DNA from: Tricharina praecox
Lineage: Eukaryota
Assembly: GCF_024521635.1 (NCBI RefSeq)
Contig: NW_026250407.1
Span: forward strand, 620,001 to 684,000
Length of the DNA stretch: 64,000 bases
Reading direction: 5' to 3'
The notes under the pieces are model-generated. The model was given only the letters and a program-made list of their open reading frames with translations, did no database searches and was not told the DNA's origin. The position numbers and the translations under genes are program-made. Below, one piece after another: positions 62,695 to 64,000 of the stretch (position 1 is its first letter; the number at the start of each line of letters is the position of its first letter).

Positions 62695-63647
62695 CTAATC
62701 AAGTGCAACCGGGACCGGAACAGCTCTCAAAGCCTGCTTGATACCCTTCTCAGACCTCTTGACCTTATCCATCCAGGATCCCTCGTTGCTGTACTCTCCA
62801 TCGTCGTCCAGGTGGAGGTGCTTCTCAACCGATTCCTGTTCTTCCGAGGTGAGCTCGGAGAGAACCTGAATGGCGTCTTCCCCGTCGTTCTGCCAGCCGT
62901 CGCCAAGGATGAGCTCGCGGTTCAACGCCGAAGAGATGGTGTTCTGGAGAGCGTTGTGCTTTTCAGTGAGCTCTTGCGCCATCGACATCATTGACTCTTG
63001 AAGCGTTTCCAGAGACTTGTTGCCAGCGAGGGCGTTCTCGAAAACAGCGTTGAGCTCCTCGTCCCACTCGCGAGAAGATTTCATGCTATGTACGGATGAC
63101 CAGTCAACACCTCGCACTTGCTATTGAGGGACATAAGTTGGTTTACATTTTCTCTTGGTGGGTCTTCCAGTCCTCGATGGTTTCTTGCACCACGGCCTCA
63201 GTTCTCTTCCTGAACTTCTCGGCGTGGTTCTTGGAAGCGACGGCAGTTTTCTTTAACTCCTTGACTGCAGTCCTATCAGCACTGGGTGCCCGAGTGATTG
63301 GTCTGGTCTAAACCTCATCGCGTACCCTTCTTCTCAATGACATCTCTGTTTTTGTTTTTCCGTCCTCTCGTTAGTCGACGGTCGATCTTGATACGGATGA
63401 TGCATGCACATGCTGGTTTAAGTTTATGGGGACGGAAATAAGAAAACATACAGAGTCTGCGACTCGGGTTCATCGCCATCTTGAAGAGACGGGGCGTAGT
63501 CGCTGCTACCGTCGGCCCTCTTGTCGCGGCTCTTGCGAGTCTTCTGCGATGGCTTGGTGACCCTGCCTTTTGCTACTCGCATCGATACCACGTTAGCAAC
63601 GGATTAAATGCAGCATCTGAGCGTGCCCCACCAGTATTGCCGGGCAT
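62695..63647 (-). CDS. Hypothetical 221-aa helical/coiled-coil protein; exons 63647-63632, 63572-63452, 63345-63326, 63264-63147, 63085-62695
   Basis: Four introns with donors GTGGGG/GTATGT/GTACGC/GTAAAC and branch sites GCTAAC/ACTAAC/GCTGAT/GTTGAC give one 666-nt frame (MPGNTAKGRVTKPSQK...KRSEKGIKQALRAVPVPVALD). Confidence 0.7.
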
Positions 63648-64000
63648 TGTCGGACTGTCTGGTGGTGATGGTTTGGTCGTTGATTGGGGGGATATTGCGG
63701 GCCGGGCTGAGTGATTGGACGAGAGACGGAGCTGGGCCGTGTGATAGACAGTGAAGAATAGCGGCCGTTACGGAAAAGGTTACACGACGCTAACGGCTCG
63801 CCTCCGAAGATTTTCGTTCTTTTTTTTCTCTCAGTTCGTGCGCCGTCGGATAAGCCGAGTTGTCTGATTCGATAACTACGACACGATGACATCACCCCTC
63901 CCGCGCAAACGAACCGTCTTGGCGAGTTGATATAAAACTCGAAATTGAACTGCCTGCAGGGCAGGACGGCCGGCCACCGTTATCGATAGAGCAACCCCTC

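Overview
Intron-containing fungal genomic DNA (filamentous ascomycete; Pezizomycetes is plausible but only inferred). I can reconstruct 12 protein-coding genes by hand from GT..AG introns: a kynurenine aminotransferase (BNA3-like), MGS1/WRNIP1, an Ada-type Zn/AraC-HTH protein, IES2 (INO80 subunit B), a PEX14/17-like peroxin, mitochondrial aspartate aminotransferase (with 3-nt and 10-nt microexons), YPD1, xanthine dehydrogenase, a RasGEF with an internal degenerate Ras-like P-loop domain, a PSP1-domain protein and two hypothetical proteins. The first 12 kb is gene-dense. The rest has long, microsatellite-rich intergenic regions (up to 15.5 kb), one of which holds a degenerate TIR-flanked element carrying a pseudogene. 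No tRNA, rRNA or CRISPR array was found. The best leads are the tightly packed IES2-Ada-MGS1 trio (the MGS1 frame stays open back into ada), the GTPase-like/RasGEF fusion, the TIR element and an intron-spanning uORF in the PSP1 leader. None can be called a new system without homology searches and RNA data.
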